Shown here: positions 9,028-19,196 of the stretch, piece by piece
Position numbering within the stretch: the stretch's first letter is position 1
Layout: each line of letters starts with the position of its first letter
NCBI GenBank assembly: GCA_965223905.1
Contig: CBDCXV010000002.1
Span: forward strand, 224,001 to 288,000
Source: Candidatus Latescibacterota bacterium
GTDB taxonomy: Bacteria; Latescibacterota; UBA2968; UBA8231
Length of the DNA stretch: 64,000 nucleotides
Direction of reading: 5' to 3'
Program-made: the position numbers and the translations under genes
The notes under the pieces: model-generated
Told to the model about the DNA's origin: nothing
Databases searched by the model: none
What the model saw: the letters and a program-made list of their open reading frames with translations, nothing else

Positions 9028-12000
9028 GGAGGCTCCGAGGACATTCGGGCGGACGCGCGTCTGCCCTGGCCCTGGCGGCTGCCCTTCTCCTCGCGGTAGG
9101 GGCCGGGGGACAGGAGGCCGGGACGTGGCGCGTTCTGGCGATCCGGGTCGATTTCCCGCTCGAGGAGCCGGACGAGCCTTCGACTTCAGGCAGGGGGAAA
9201 TTCGACCTCCGTACGAGCGCTGAAGCGCTCACCGACTACACCTTTCCCTACGATCTTCCGCCTCACGATCGCCTCTATTTCGAGCGCCATCTCGACGCTC
9301 TCGGCCGCTACTACCGGACCGTTTCCGAGGGCCGCGTCGACATCGAGCACGAAGTTTTCCCGACCGGCCTGAACGACGCCTACACCCTGCCCGAGCCGGC
9401 GCTGCAGTACGGCAACGGCCGCTCGCCGCAAGAGATAACCGAAAAGTGGGTACAGCTGGTGCGCGACGCGGTCGAGCTGGCCCGGGCGGAGGCCGGCGGT
9501 CCGGATTTTTCGCAATTCGAAAGCTACCTGTTCCTGCACGCCGGCTACGGGCACGAGACCGGCCAGCTGAACGACATCCGCTCGGTGTTCCTGCCAGCGG
9601 CAGACTTCACGCGTGAGGCAGGCGGCCCCGTCCTCGCCGACGGCGTCGAGATTCGCGAGGCGTGGATCCTTCCCGAGGCGGTCGACAGCAGCGGCCGCGC
9701 CGGGCTCAACGGCCTGATGGCGAAGTTCTTCGGCCACCAGCTCGGGCTCCCCGGGCTGTCGAACTTTGCCGCCCACCTGCCGGGGGCCGGCGGCTGGAGC
9801 CTGATGGACGTCGGTCCCAACCGGATCGGTTTCCTGCTGCAGGGAGGGGAACTGCAGACGCTGTTCGGGTTCGTGCCTCCCCACCCCATCTCATGGAGCA
9901 AGGCCCGCCTCGGTTGGATCGAACCGCTCGTCGTGCGCAGGGATACCTCGGTGGCGGTCGCGGCGACCGACCGCACGCCTGCGCCGGGGCAGCACAAGGC
10001 GGTGCGGGTGCCGGTCTCGGCGACGGAGTATTTCCTGATCGAGAATCGCCAGCGCCGCGGCAACGCCGCGCTTCCGGAAGGGGTGGAGCCGCCGTTTCAG
10101 GGGATCGACGTAACCTGGATCGAACCCGACGAGGTGGAATTTTCCGGGTCCGGGGACCCCGGCAGCGATCCGGATGCCGCACCCGAGACCGGGGTCTGGC
10201 TCGAGGTCGAGGAGTACGACGCTTTCGTTCCCGGTTCCGGGATCCTGATCTGGCACGTCGACGAGGCCGTCATCGCGGCCGGGGAAGCGGAGGGAGGAAT
10301 CAACAACGATCGCATCAACCCCGGAATCGCGCTGGAGGAGGCGGATGGCGAGCGCGACATCGGCAACGCCTTTTTCGATCGTCAGGACGTCACCGAGGGC
10401 AGCCCTTCCGATCCCTTCTTCGCCGGGGAAGGGCGCGGAGGCATCCTTTCGAAGACCCTGTTCGGGCCCGGCACGGCGCCGAGCACCGAGGCCAACACAG
10501 GGGTTGCCAGCGGCATTCGCGTCGAAGTGCTCTCCAACCTTGCGGACGTGATGACGGTCGGCATCCGCTTCGACGGCCCCCTCCCGGGCTGGCCGGCCAG
10601 CCTGCCGGCGGGGGCGCGGCTGCAGGCGGTAGATCTCGAGGGCGACGGGGCCGCGGAGCTGCTGGCGGAAAATGACGGTGGCGTTCACCTGTTCGCAGGC
10701 GGCGAGCCAACCCTTTCCGGTTCCTTTTCCGGCACCTACCTCGCCGCGGCTGCCGGGGGACCGGCGGAATCCGGCCTGGTTTTCGTTGCCGTGGGACGGG
10801 ACGTCGCGGCCTACCTCCCGGATGGGGACGCGCCGTTTTGGTCGGCGAGCCTTGCCGGGGAGGCGGTTCTCGGGCTCCACGGCGGTCCGGGAGACCTTGC
10901 GCAGGAAGCGGCCCTCGCCGTGGCCACCGCCTCGAGAATCGAGCTGCTGAACGCCGGCACCGGGGAGGTGCTGGCCGGTTCCGACCTTCCCGGAACCATC
11001 GCCCTCGGCCTGCTGCCGGACGCCGGGGGGGGGGGATCGCAGCTGCTGGTCACCACGTCAGACGCGGTCGCGGTTCTGGGGCCTGACGGCCCCCGCATGC
11101 TCTGGGAACACACCGGGGAAGGCCCGCTTTTGGCGAGCATCTCCGGGGACCTGGGCGGCGGCCGCGGCAGCGAGATCGTCTCCGTCTCCACCGACGGCAC
11201 GGTTTCCGTCCTGAACGGGGAAGGGGAAGTTCTCTGGCAGGTGATGCTGCCGGAGGGAGCCGCCGCCCCTGCGGCCATCGGGGACGTCGACGGCGACGGT
11301 TCCCTGGAGATTGCGGTCGCCACCGGGGCCGCGGTCGATCTGCTGCGGGAGAACGGCAATCGAATGCCGTCGTTTCCGGTGGAGTTCCGGGAACACCGGA
11401 AGCTCGGGAGGACAGCGGGAGAGCCGCTGCTGGCCGACCTCGACGGCGACGGCAGGCAGGAGATCCTCGTTGCGGCCAGCGCCGGCGGGATCGCCGGCAT
11501 CGACGACGACGGCAGTCAGCTCGGCGGCTTTCCGGTTCTGACCGCAGCCGCGGTCGGTTCGACGCCGGTCGCCGCGGACCTGGACGGCGACGGGGGGCTG
11601 GAGGTCGCGGTCCTTGCCGGAGACTTGGCCTACGCCTGGGATGCCGGGAGCCTGTCTCCGGGGCTGGGCGGGAGCGGAGTCGCCGCCTGGGGCCAGGGCG
11701 CCGCCGATGCACAGGGGAGCCGCGCCTACCGGGGGGAACGCCTTCCCGCCCCGCCGCGGGTCGCCCTGCTGCCGGCCGACAGGGCCTACTGTTACCCCAA
11801 TCCCGTCGGCCCGCGGCAGCGCGCCCACCTGCGCTACTACCTGAGCGGTTCGGCCGCCATCGAGCTCGAGGTGTTCGACGCCATCGGAAGGCGGGTCGAA
11901 AGGCGCCGGTGGAGCGCCGGCTCGCCGCAGTCGGAGCCGGGGGAGAACGAGATCACCTGGGCGACCGGCGACTACGACAGCGGGCTCTACCTCTGCCGGC

Positions 12001-12065
12001 TCGAGGCGAGCGGCGCCGACGGCAGCCGCGGCCACGTCATCGTGCGCATGGCGGTCGCCCAATGA
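9024..12065 (+). CDS. Secreted M6 (immune inhibitor A)-like protein with degenerate zinc motif, FG-GAP repeats and T9SS-type CTD
   Basis: Frame of ORF 9459..12065 is open back to CTG 9024 with a signal peptide and RVLAIRVDF; WSLMD, EYFLIENRQ, GILIWHVDE, LEEADG; DLDGDG repeats; YPNP...SGLYLCRLEA. Confidence 0.8.
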   Translation: MRRLRGHSGGRASALALAAALLLAVGAGGQEAGTWRVLAIRVDFPLEEPDEPSTSGRGKFDLRTSAEALTDYTFPYDLPPHDRLYFERHLDALGRYYRTVSEGRVDIEHEVFPTGLNDAYTLPEPALQYGNGRSPQEITEKWVQLVRDAVELARAEAGGPDFSQFESYLFLHAGYGHETGQLNDIRSVFLPAADFTREAGGPVLADGVEIREAWILPEAVDSSGRAGLNGLMAKFFGHQLGLPGLSNFAAHLPGAGGWSLMDVGPNRIGFLLQGGELQTLFGFVPPHPISWSKARLGWIEPLVVRRDTSVAVAATDRTPAPGQHKAVRVPVSATEYFLIENRQRRGNAALPEGVEPPFQGIDVTWIEPDEVEFSGSGDPGSDPDAAPETGVWLEVEEYDAFVPGSGILIWHVDEAVIAAGEAEGGINNDRINPGIALEEADGERDIGNAFFDRQDVTEGSPSDPFFAGEGRGGILSKTLFGPGTAPSTEANTGVASGIRVEVLSNLADVMTVGIRFDGPLPGWPASLPAGARLQAVDLEGDGAAELLAENDGGVHLFAGGEPTLSGSFSGTYLAAAAGGPAESGLVFVAVGRDVAAYLPDGDAPFWSASLAGEAVLGLHGGPGDLAQEAALAVATASRIELLNAGTGEVLAGSDLPGTIALGLLPDAGGGGSQLLVTTSDAVAVLGPDGPRMLWEHTGEGPLLASISGDLGGGRGSEIVSVSTDGTVSVLNGEGEVLWQVMLPEGAAAPAAIGDVDGDGSLEIAVATGAAVDLLRENGNRMPSFPVEFREHRKLGRTAGEPLLADLDGDGRQEILVAASAGGIAGIDDDGSQLGGFPVLTAAAVGSTPVAADLDGDGGLEVAVLAGDLAYAWDAGSLSPGLGGSGVAAWGQGAADAQGSRAYRGERLPAPPRVALLPADRAYCYPNPVGPRQRAHLRYYLSGSAAIELEVFDAIGRRVERRRWSAGSPQSEPGENEITWATGDYDSGLYLCRLEASGADGSRGHVIVRMAVAQ

Positions 12066-15000
12066 AGCCGGCGGCGCCGGCCCTCCTCATACTGCTCTTC
12101 TGGCAGGGAGCTACCCAGGCGCAGAACCACCCCGAGCTTCAGTGGGAGGTCCTGCAGACCCCCCACTTCGATGTCTTCTACCACGACGGGCTGCGCCGGG
12201 CTGCCGAGAGAGCCGCCGAGATCGCCGAGGCGGCGTACGGTCCGGTGACCGAGCTCTACCGCTACCGCCCCGGCGGCAGGGTGCGCATCGTCCTCAAGGA
12301 TTACGACGACTACGCCAACGGGGCCGCCTTCTTCTATCACGACGCGATCGAGATATGGACCACCCCTCTCGATCACGACTTCGACCTGCGCGGCACCTGC
12401 GACTGGCTGGCCAACGTCATCACCCACGAGTTCGTGCACATCGTCTCCCTCGGGGCCGCGCGCAAGGCATGGCAGCGCACACCGGCGCTGTATCTCCAGC
12501 ATTTCGGCTACCAGCGCGAGCGCAACCGCCCCGATATCCTGACCGGGTTTCCCGACCTGGTGGTGTCGTATCCCCTGGCGGCCACGGTCTTCCCGATGTG
12601 GTTCGCCGAGGGGGTGGCCCAGTACCAGGTGGCCGCGGCCAGGCACGACCGCTGGGACGCCCACCGCGACATGGTGCTGCGCGTTGCCGCGCTCGAGGAG
12701 GAGTTGCTGTCCTTCGATCAGATGGGGGTGTTCGCCAAGGCCGGTTTCGGCAACGAGTTCGTCTACGACCACGGCTACGCCCTGGTCCGCCACATCGCCG
12801 CCGAGCACGGCGACGACGCACTGCAGCAGCTATGCGCCGCCCTGTCCGACTGGCGCACCCTCGAGATCGACGGCGCCGTTGAGGAGGTTCTCGGCATCAC
12901 CGCCGACCAGCTCTACGAGGGGTGGCGGGGACAGCTGCGGGAGCGCTACGGCAGACAGCTCGCCGGTATCGGAGAGCTGCGGCAGGGTGAGGAGATCACC
13001 GATGCGGGGTTCTCCAACATCCACCCGGTGTACGCGCCCGGAGGGGACCGGCTCGCCTTCCTCTCCACCGGAACCAGGGAATACGGACCCCACCGGCTCG
13101 TCATCCGCGACTTGGAGACCGGCGAAGACGAGGTCATCGCCGCCGGCGTCGTGTCGCGGCCGGCATGGTCGCCGGACGGACGCAGGATCGCCTACGTGCG
13201 CAAGCATAGCGCCGACAAGTACGGCTCGCGCCAGGCCGACGTGTTCATCTGCGACCTCGACGGCGACGAGCCGGGGTTGCTGTCGAAACTGGCCTGGGCG
13301 CTGCCGGGGATGGTGGTCTCCTACGCCCCGGAACCGGAGCGGGTGAAGCAGCTTTCGGCCGGACTGCGGGCGCTCTACCCTGTCTGGTCCCCGGACGGCG
13401 AGTGGCTGGCGTTCGTCAGCAACCAGGGCGGCTCCAACAACCTCGGCCTGCTCAGCGCCGACGGGAATGTCGTCCTCCACCTCACCGACTTCGCCGACGG
13501 TACGGAGCTCTACACGCCGAGCTGGTCCCCGGACGGCGGGACCCTGGCCCTGTCCGTCTCCCGCAAGGGGCAGCGGGACCTCGTCATGGTCGACCTCGAG
13601 CGCGGCCGGATCGACGCCGTTGCCGGGGAGCTGAGGAGCGGCAGCGGGGAGCAGGGGAGCGGTCCGGTAGTTCATACCGATACGAGCCTCGCCGGCTCCA
13701 TGCGGCCCCTGGTGGCCACGGATGCCACCGAGCGGGATCCGGCCTGGACGCCCGGGGGTGAGATCCTCTTCGCCTCCGACGCCACCGGCATTTTCAACAT
13801 CTACGCGATCCCGGCCGGGAAGGGGGAGATCCGCCGCATCACCAACGTCGTGGGCGGGGCGATCCATCCCGCGGCCGGTCCCGAGGGCAGCGTGGTCTTC
13901 TCCGCCTACGGAGCGGACGGGTTCCGTCTGCGCTCCATGGCGGACCGCGGCGGGAACCAGGCGGAGTTCATGCTGGCCAGCACCGAGGCGGCGACCGCTT
14001 CGAAGCTCTGGGCAGCTGCACCGGAATCCCTGCCAGAGCCGGCAGCCCGCCCGGACCGGACGGACGGGGGTGTCCTTGCGGAGCGGACCTCCGCCGCGGC
14101 CGCTCCGGCAGGGATTTCCGCCCCGCGGGCGTACGGAGGGGAGCTGCTCAGGACGATGGTTCTGCCGCGCCTGATGTGGGACGAGGGCCGCTTCAAGGGG
14201 GGAGCGTACGCCGCGTCATCCGACGTCCTGCGGAAGCAGAGCCTCTTCGGGGGCTTCGGCATCTCCCCGGGCAACGGCGACCGCGAGCTCTTCGCCCTGT
14301 ACGAGCACCGCGGCTGGCGGCCGACGGTGTTTCTCGAGTACTACCACCAGAAACGCCACACCAGCCGCGGCGACAGCAGCGACGCCAGGGACGCCATCGT
14401 CACGGGGATGAACTTCAGCCTCAACCAGGTCTCGGCAGGCCTGAGGATCGGGGACGAGCTGCCCTCCCTGAGGCGCCAGCTCACCCTGTCGCTGACCTAC
14501 GACCGCTACGACGCCGGCCTCGACTGGGAAGCCTTCGTGACCCGCAACGACGGCGCCCCCGGTTTCGAGCGCCGCCGCATGAAACCGATCGGCTACACCT
14601 ATCTCAACGGGTTCACCCTCGGGGCCCGCTACGATTACGAAACGGTGGAGCGCCGCCGCGACAGGCAGATCAGCCCTCGCGGAGGGCGCCGCATCCGCTT
14701 CCGCTACGACCGGGCGTTCAACTTCTTCCTCGAGGAATTCAACCGCAACAACGCCTCCTTCCTCGAGGAGGTGTACCTCAAGCTGTTCTACAACCAGTGG
14801 ACCCTCGACTGGAGGGAATACCTCGGCGCGCCGTTCGACACCGCCCTGGAGCTGCGTTTCTACGGAGGTTGGATCGACAGCGACAAGGTCGACCGGGACG
14901 ACGTCAACGACTTCTTCGACTACCACCTCGGGGGCCTGCAATACATGAAGGGGTACACCTTTTACAGCATCGAGGGCCGCAAGGCGGCGATGGGATCGGC

Positions 15001-15304
15001 GCTGTTTCGCTTTCCGCTGCTGCCCGACATGCGAAGGCGGCTCTTTCACATCTACCTCGACAAGCTGTACGGAGCGGTCTACGGAAGCATGGGCAAAGCC
15101 TGGGACGAGGAGTTCGGGGATCCCGACCGCTTCTACGGCCGCTCCGGACCGTTGCGCGACATCGGCGTTCAGTTGCGCCTCGATTCGATCTCGTATTACA
15201 GTTTGCCGACCCGGGCACAGGCCGATCTCGCGCGCGGGATCGACGAGCTGCCCGGCCGCTCCCACTGGAAATTCTACCTCACCGTGCTGTTCGGATATCT
15301 GTAG
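12062..15304 (+). CDS. Omp85-like protein: gluzincin/MA-like domain + TolB/PD40 propeller + C-terminal barrel
   Basis: ATGA overlap with upstream stop; signal peptide; HEFVH...WFAEGVAQY; repeated PxWSPDG; LGG..MKGY loop and beta-rich C-terminus. Confidence 0.75.
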   Translation: MKPAAPALLILLFWQGATQAQNHPELQWEVLQTPHFDVFYHDGLRRAAERAAEIAEAAYGPVTELYRYRPGGRVRIVLKDYDDYANGAAFFYHDAIEIWTTPLDHDFDLRGTCDWLANVITHEFVHIVSLGAARKAWQRTPALYLQHFGYQRERNRPDILTGFPDLVVSYPLAATVFPMWFAEGVAQYQVAAARHDRWDAHRDMVLRVAALEEELLSFDQMGVFAKAGFGNEFVYDHGYALVRHIAAEHGDDALQQLCAALSDWRTLEIDGAVEEVLGITADQLYEGWRGQLRERYGRQLAGIGELRQGEEITDAGFSNIHPVYAPGGDRLAFLSTGTREYGPHRLVIRDLETGEDEVIAAGVVSRPAWSPDGRRIAYVRKHSADKYGSRQADVFICDLDGDEPGLLSKLAWALPGMVVSYAPEPERVKQLSAGLRALYPVWSPDGEWLAFVSNQGGSNNLGLLSADGNVVLHLTDFADGTELYTPSWSPDGGTLALSVSRKGQRDLVMVDLERGRIDAVAGELRSGSGEQGSGPVVHTDTSLAGSMRPLVATDATERDPAWTPGGEILFASDATGIFNIYAIPAGKGEIRRITNVVGGAIHPAAGPEGSVVFSAYGADGFRLRSMADRGGNQAEFMLASTEAATASKLWAAAPESLPEPAARPDRTDGGVLAERTSAAAAPAGISAPRAYGGELLRTMVLPRLMWDEGRFKGGAYAASSDVLRKQSLFGGFGISPGNGDRELFALYEHRGWRPTVFLEYYHQKRHTSRGDSSDARDAIVTGMNFSLNQVSAGLRIGDELPSLRRQLTLSLTYDRYDAGLDWEAFVTRNDGAPGFERRRMKPIGYTYLNGFTLGARYDYETVERRRDRQISPRGGRRIRFRYDRAFNFFLEEFNRNNASFLEEVYLKLFYNQWTLDWREYLGAPFDTALELRFYGGWIDSDKVDRDDVNDFFDYHLGGLQYMKGYTFYSIEGRKAAMGSALFRFPLLPDMRRRLFHIYLDKLYGAVYGSMGKAWDEEFGDPDRFYGRSGPLRDIGVQLRLDSISYYSLPTRAQADLARGIDELPGRSHWKFYLTVLFGYL

Positions 15305-15317
15305 AAAGGATGTCGCG

Positions 15318-16277
15318 ATGCTGATGTTTCCGAGTACCGGAGTAGATGCCATTCGCAGAAGCGTCCCGGTTCTGGCGATCTGCTGCGTCCTCGCCAGCGC
15401 CGCCCGGGCGCAGGAAGGGACCGCGAGCCCCACTCCGTCGCAGCCCGCGCAGTCCTCCCTGACCGTGGACGGCCAGCTGCCGCGGCTGTTCGAGTACACT
15501 TCGGACGGGAGCCTCGGGCCGCGGATGCTGGCGCAGGCGGACAGCGCAGCCGGTGCCGAGGGAGTGTCCCCGCCGGCGCCGCAGCCGCTGAAGTCGCCCG
15601 GGCGGGCGCTGCTCTATTCCGCCCTGCTGCCCGGAATGGGGGAGTTTTACGCCGGGGCCAGGAAAAGGGCGGTCCTGTTCCTGGGTCTGGAAGCGGCCGC
15701 CTGGGGCCTTTACTTCAGCTGGAACGGCCAGGGGAAGGAGATCGAGGAGGATTTCAGGGGGGTAGCCGACGAGCAGTGGGACGTGCTCAGGTACGTGGAC
15801 TGGAGGGGGTCGGCGATCTCGCGCAATTCGTCGATCACGCACGCCCTGCCGTGCAGCACGTTCGTCGTCGGCGGGGAGGGCATTTCCGGGTGCCCGGAGA
15901 CCGAGAAGCAGCAGTACTACGAGCTGATCGGGAAGTACGACCAGTTCGTCTCGGGATGGGAGGACGCCAGGGACCAGGACGGCAACCTCGTTCAGCCGAC
16001 CGAGATCGACTCGGCCGAGAACTTCGTTTCCAAGCAGCGCTTCGCCTACGAAGATCAGCGCAACGACAGCAACAGGTTTCTCAAGAGAGCGACCAACGTC
16101 GCCGGCCTGATTCTGGTCAACCATGTCATCAGCGCCATCGACGCCGCCCGGGCGGCTCGCGCCACGGCAGGCGGTGCCGACCAGGCGATGCTTCAACGAC
16201 GGACGCGGTTCGCCTTCGTCCGCGGCGGCCCCTCCGGAAAAACCCCGATGATCCTGGCCTGGAGGCCGTTTTACTAA
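15318..16277 (+). CDS. DUF5683-like membrane protein
   Basis: KSPGRALLYSALLPGMGEFY...EAAAWG; QQYYELIGKYDQF; NHVISAIDA. Confidence 0.7.
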   Translation: MLMFPSTGVDAIRRSVPVLAICCVLASAARAQEGTASPTPSQPAQSSLTVDGQLPRLFEYTSDGSLGPRMLAQADSAAGAEGVSPPAPQPLKSPGRALLYSALLPGMGEFYAGARKRAVLFLGLEAAAWGLYFSWNGQGKEIEEDFRGVADEQWDVLRYVDWRGSAISRNSSITHALPCSTFVVGGEGISGCPETEKQQYYELIGKYDQFVSGWEDARDQDGNLVQPTEIDSAENFVSKQRFAYEDQRNDSNRFLKRATNVAGLILVNHVISAIDAARAARATAGGADQAMLQRRTRFAFVRGGPSGKTPMILAWRPFY

Positions 16278-16279
16278 AG

Positions 16280-16930
16280 ATGGGGCTGCGCACCCTGGTT
16301 CCCGGCGGCCTGGCGCTGCTGCTGCTTGCAGGCCCCGCGGTTGCCGGGACATCCGCGGCCAGGGCCTTCTGGTCGTCGCTGCTGCTCCCGGGAGCCGGCC
16401 AGTACCTCAACGGCCACGCGACCGCGGCCGCTCGCTTTCTCGGTTTCGAGGCGGCGCTGTGGGGGAGCTACCTGGGATTTCGAGGGATCGCCGATATCCG
16501 CGAGCGGAACTTCCGAACCCACGCCGCGGTTCACGCCGGAGCCAGTACGCCGGGAAAGTCGAAGCAGTACTTCGACGACCTCGGATTTTACCAGAGTTTC
16601 CATCAGCACAACCGCTACGCGGCAGTGGAAGAGGGGGCGTCCGCCGAGCTGTATCCCGACAGCGAGGAGTTCTTCTGGGAGTGGGACCGGAAGGAGTCGC
16701 GACTGCGTTTCCGCGAGCTGCGGAATTCCGCCCGGGGCGCCGATCGCAACGCCGTCATGGCTACCGGGCTGATCATCGCCAACCACCTCGTCGCCGCGGT
16801 CCACGCCGCCCGCCGGGTAATGGCGCCGCCTGAGGCGGAGGCTGCCGCCGCGGGGCAGGAGCGAGCCCTGCAGCTTCAACTGGTCGCCCTCCCGCAGCGG
16901 ACGACCGTGGCCCTCCTCCACCGCTTCTGA
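16280..16930 (+). CDS. DUF5683-like membrane protein (paralogue)
   Basis: ATG 16280; SLLLPGAGQYLNG...EAALWG; FFWEWD; NHLVAAVHA. Confidence 0.7.
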   Translation: MGLRTLVPGGLALLLLAGPAVAGTSAARAFWSSLLLPGAGQYLNGHATAAARFLGFEAALWGSYLGFRGIADIRERNFRTHAAVHAGASTPGKSKQYFDDLGFYQSFHQHNRYAAVEEGASAELYPDSEEFFWEWDRKESRLRFRELRNSARGADRNAVMATGLIIANHLVAAVHAARRVMAPPEAEAAAAGQERALQLQLVALPQRTTVALLHRF

Positions 16931-16942
16931 CCCATCCCCGCA

Positions 16943-18631
16943 ATGCCGGCCGCGACGGACCGACCAGGAGTCATTTTCACATTCGCGGTTGTCCTGTGCG
17001 CCATCGGCATGAGCCCGGATCCCGGGGCCGCCGCGGCGCCGTACCTGTGCGGCACGCGTCTGATCGAACGGCATGCCGGGGAGCTCCCGTTGCCGGACCC
17101 GCCGCTACAGGCGGCCAAACCCTCGTCCGGCGCGGACGTCGAACAGGATCCCCCCGCAATCGGCGTCGGGACCCGGCAGGAGTTCGCAGTCGCAGGCAAC
17201 CCGCAGCTGATGCCGGCGACCTGCCGTTACGCCGGAGAGCGGGTGTTCGTGTTCGTCGAGGATCGCCAGTGGGATACCAACGGCGGCTCGATACTGCAAT
17301 CGCACGTCGACGGTCTCGGGGACCTGTTCGAGCGCTCCACCCCGGCCGATCCCGGGCTCGGGATCCACGACCTCTGCACCGAGGCCTTCGGTGTGGTCCC
17401 CGACGTCGACGGTTACCCCCAGGTGTTCCTGCTGATTCTCGACATCCCCGATTCCCGGCTGGTCGGCTATTTCGACGCCCGTGTCGCAGGGCACGAAGTG
17501 CCCGAGCTGCGCAAGGACATCCTCTACGTCGACGAGTGGTTCGTGCGCCGTCAGACCTACCTGGCGCGCGGCACCCTGGCGCACGAGTTCCAGCACCTCA
17601 TCCACTGGGGCCACGACAAGGACGAGGAGACCTGGCTGAACGAGGGGATGTCGGGGTACGCCGAGGCCCTGACCGGGTTTCCCGAGGCGGACACAACCGT
17701 CGTCGGGGCGTTTCTGCAGCGCCCGGGGGCCGGCCTGACGGGGTGGGAAAACCAGGCCTGGAACTACGGATCTACCTACCTGTTCTCGGCCTTTCTCGCC
17801 GAGCGCTACGGCGGCGATATGATCCGCTCCATAGTCGCAGAGCTCGAAAACGGCAGCGACGGCATCGACGCCGCCTTTGCCGGTCTCGGCCTCGAAGGGG
17901 ACTTTGAGGAGGCCTGGTCGCGCTGGATAATCGGCAATTACGCCGCCGATGAGGATGGATTCTCCTACGGGGCGCTCCAGGGGCGGCGGGCCCTCTGGTA
18001 CCCGACGGAAGGCCTGCCGCTGGAGAATCTCGGCGGCCGCGTCGAGGACCAGTGGGGGACGATCGCCATCCTGTTGCGAACCCCGGGGAGTGTCGAGGTG
18101 GAGTTCGCCGGAGAGGAGGGGGGACGGCACCGGGTCTGGGCCTGGTCTATGCGTGCCCGCGGGAGCGAGCTTCGCGAGCTCGAGCTCGATGCCTCGAACC
18201 GCGGCTCCGCGGTGGCCACGGAGATCGACAGCATGGCGCTGATCGTCGGCAGAACCTCCATCGAAAAGGGGGGATTCGAGGTCTCGGCGCGCCACGTCGA
18301 CCCGGAGACTGCGGTCGAGCAGCCGGTCGCCGCGGCCAGCCCGGTCTTCCGGCTCGGGGCCGCGTACCCCAATCCCTTCAACGCCGCGGTGCGCATCCCC
18401 TTTTCCGGGGGTGCCGCAGGGCTGGAGGTCTTCTTGTACAACGCCGCGGGCCAGCGCCTCAGGAGACTGACCCCGCTGTCCGGCTCGCGCGAGATATCCT
18501 GGGACGGTCGCGACAGCCGAGGACGGCGGGCGGCGAGCGGAGTCTACTGGATCGTCGCGCGAACGAAGGGCACAGGAGACCGCGGCGGCACTGCGACTGG
18601 CCGCCGCACCGCGGTGACGCTCATCAGATAG
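16943..18631 (+). CDS. Secreted M30-like zinc metallopeptidase with FlgD-Ig/T9SS-type CTD
   Basis: TLAHEFQHLIH...WLNEGMS; TAVE..AYPNPFN...WDGRD..G...ASGVY. Confidence 0.8.
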   Translation: MPAATDRPGVIFTFAVVLCAIGMSPDPGAAAAPYLCGTRLIERHAGELPLPDPPLQAAKPSSGADVEQDPPAIGVGTRQEFAVAGNPQLMPATCRYAGERVFVFVEDRQWDTNGGSILQSHVDGLGDLFERSTPADPGLGIHDLCTEAFGVVPDVDGYPQVFLLILDIPDSRLVGYFDARVAGHEVPELRKDILYVDEWFVRRQTYLARGTLAHEFQHLIHWGHDKDEETWLNEGMSGYAEALTGFPEADTTVVGAFLQRPGAGLTGWENQAWNYGSTYLFSAFLAERYGGDMIRSIVAELENGSDGIDAAFAGLGLEGDFEEAWSRWIIGNYAADEDGFSYGALQGRRALWYPTEGLPLENLGGRVEDQWGTIAILLRTPGSVEVEFAGEEGGRHRVWAWSMRARGSELRELELDASNRGSAVATEIDSMALIVGRTSIEKGGFEVSARHVDPETAVEQPVAAASPVFRLGAAYPNPFNAAVRIPFSGGAAGLEVFLYNAAGQRLRRLTPLSGSREISWDGRDSRGRRAASGVYWIVARTKGTGDRGGTATGRRTAVTLIR

Positions 18632-19196
18632 GGAGAGAGCCGGCCTCCGGGATGCCCCCGGCCACGGCTCCCCTGCGCGGAAGTCTTCCCGCCGGGCGGA
18701 CCCCGGAACAGTCGCACCTGCCGAGGCAGTCGGAGAGCCGTTCCCCGGTCTCGGGATGCACGAGCCCGGGTGCCAGCTCCAGCATGGGCCTGAGCACGAA
18801 GCAGCGCCCGGTCATGCGGGGATGGGGAACCTGCAGGTCGGTATCGGCGACGATCCGGCTGCCGTACAGCAGCAGGTCGAGATCGAGGGTGCGCGGACCA
18901 TCGGGGATCAGCCGCTGCCTTCCGTGCTCCCGCTCGATGGCCAGCAGGGACCGCAGCAGCCGGGAAGGAGGGAGGCTGGTGCGCACGAGGGCCACTGCAT
19001 TGAGGAAGCGGGGCTGGTCCACGAGGCCGACCGGGTCTGTTTCGTATAGCGATGAGGGCTTACAGAGCTCGACCCCGCGCAGCCTGCAGATCGCCGCCAC
19101 CCCGGAGGCGATGAACCCGCGCCGGTCTCCCATGTTGGAGCCGAGACCGACGAAAACGTCCTCAGGCAAAGGATTTCGAGATCTCGACTTCGACAC
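18624..19196 (-). CDS. folK: 2-amino-4-hydroxy-6-hydroxymethyldihydropteridine diphosphokinase (start may be TTG 19169)
   Basis: VGLGSNMGD, SSLYET, FLNAV, GPRTLDLDLL, PHPRM..R.FVL.P. Confidence 0.95.
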   Translation of the reverse strand: MSKSRSRNPLPEDVFVGLGSNMGDRRGFIASGVAAICRLRGVELCKPSSLYETDPVGLVDQPRFLNAVALVRTSLPPSRLLRSLLAIEREHGRQRLIPDGPRTLDLDLLLYGSRIVADTDLQVPHPRMTGRCFVLRPMLELAPGLVHPETGERLSDCLGRCDCSGVRPAGRLPRRGAVAGGIPEAGSLPI

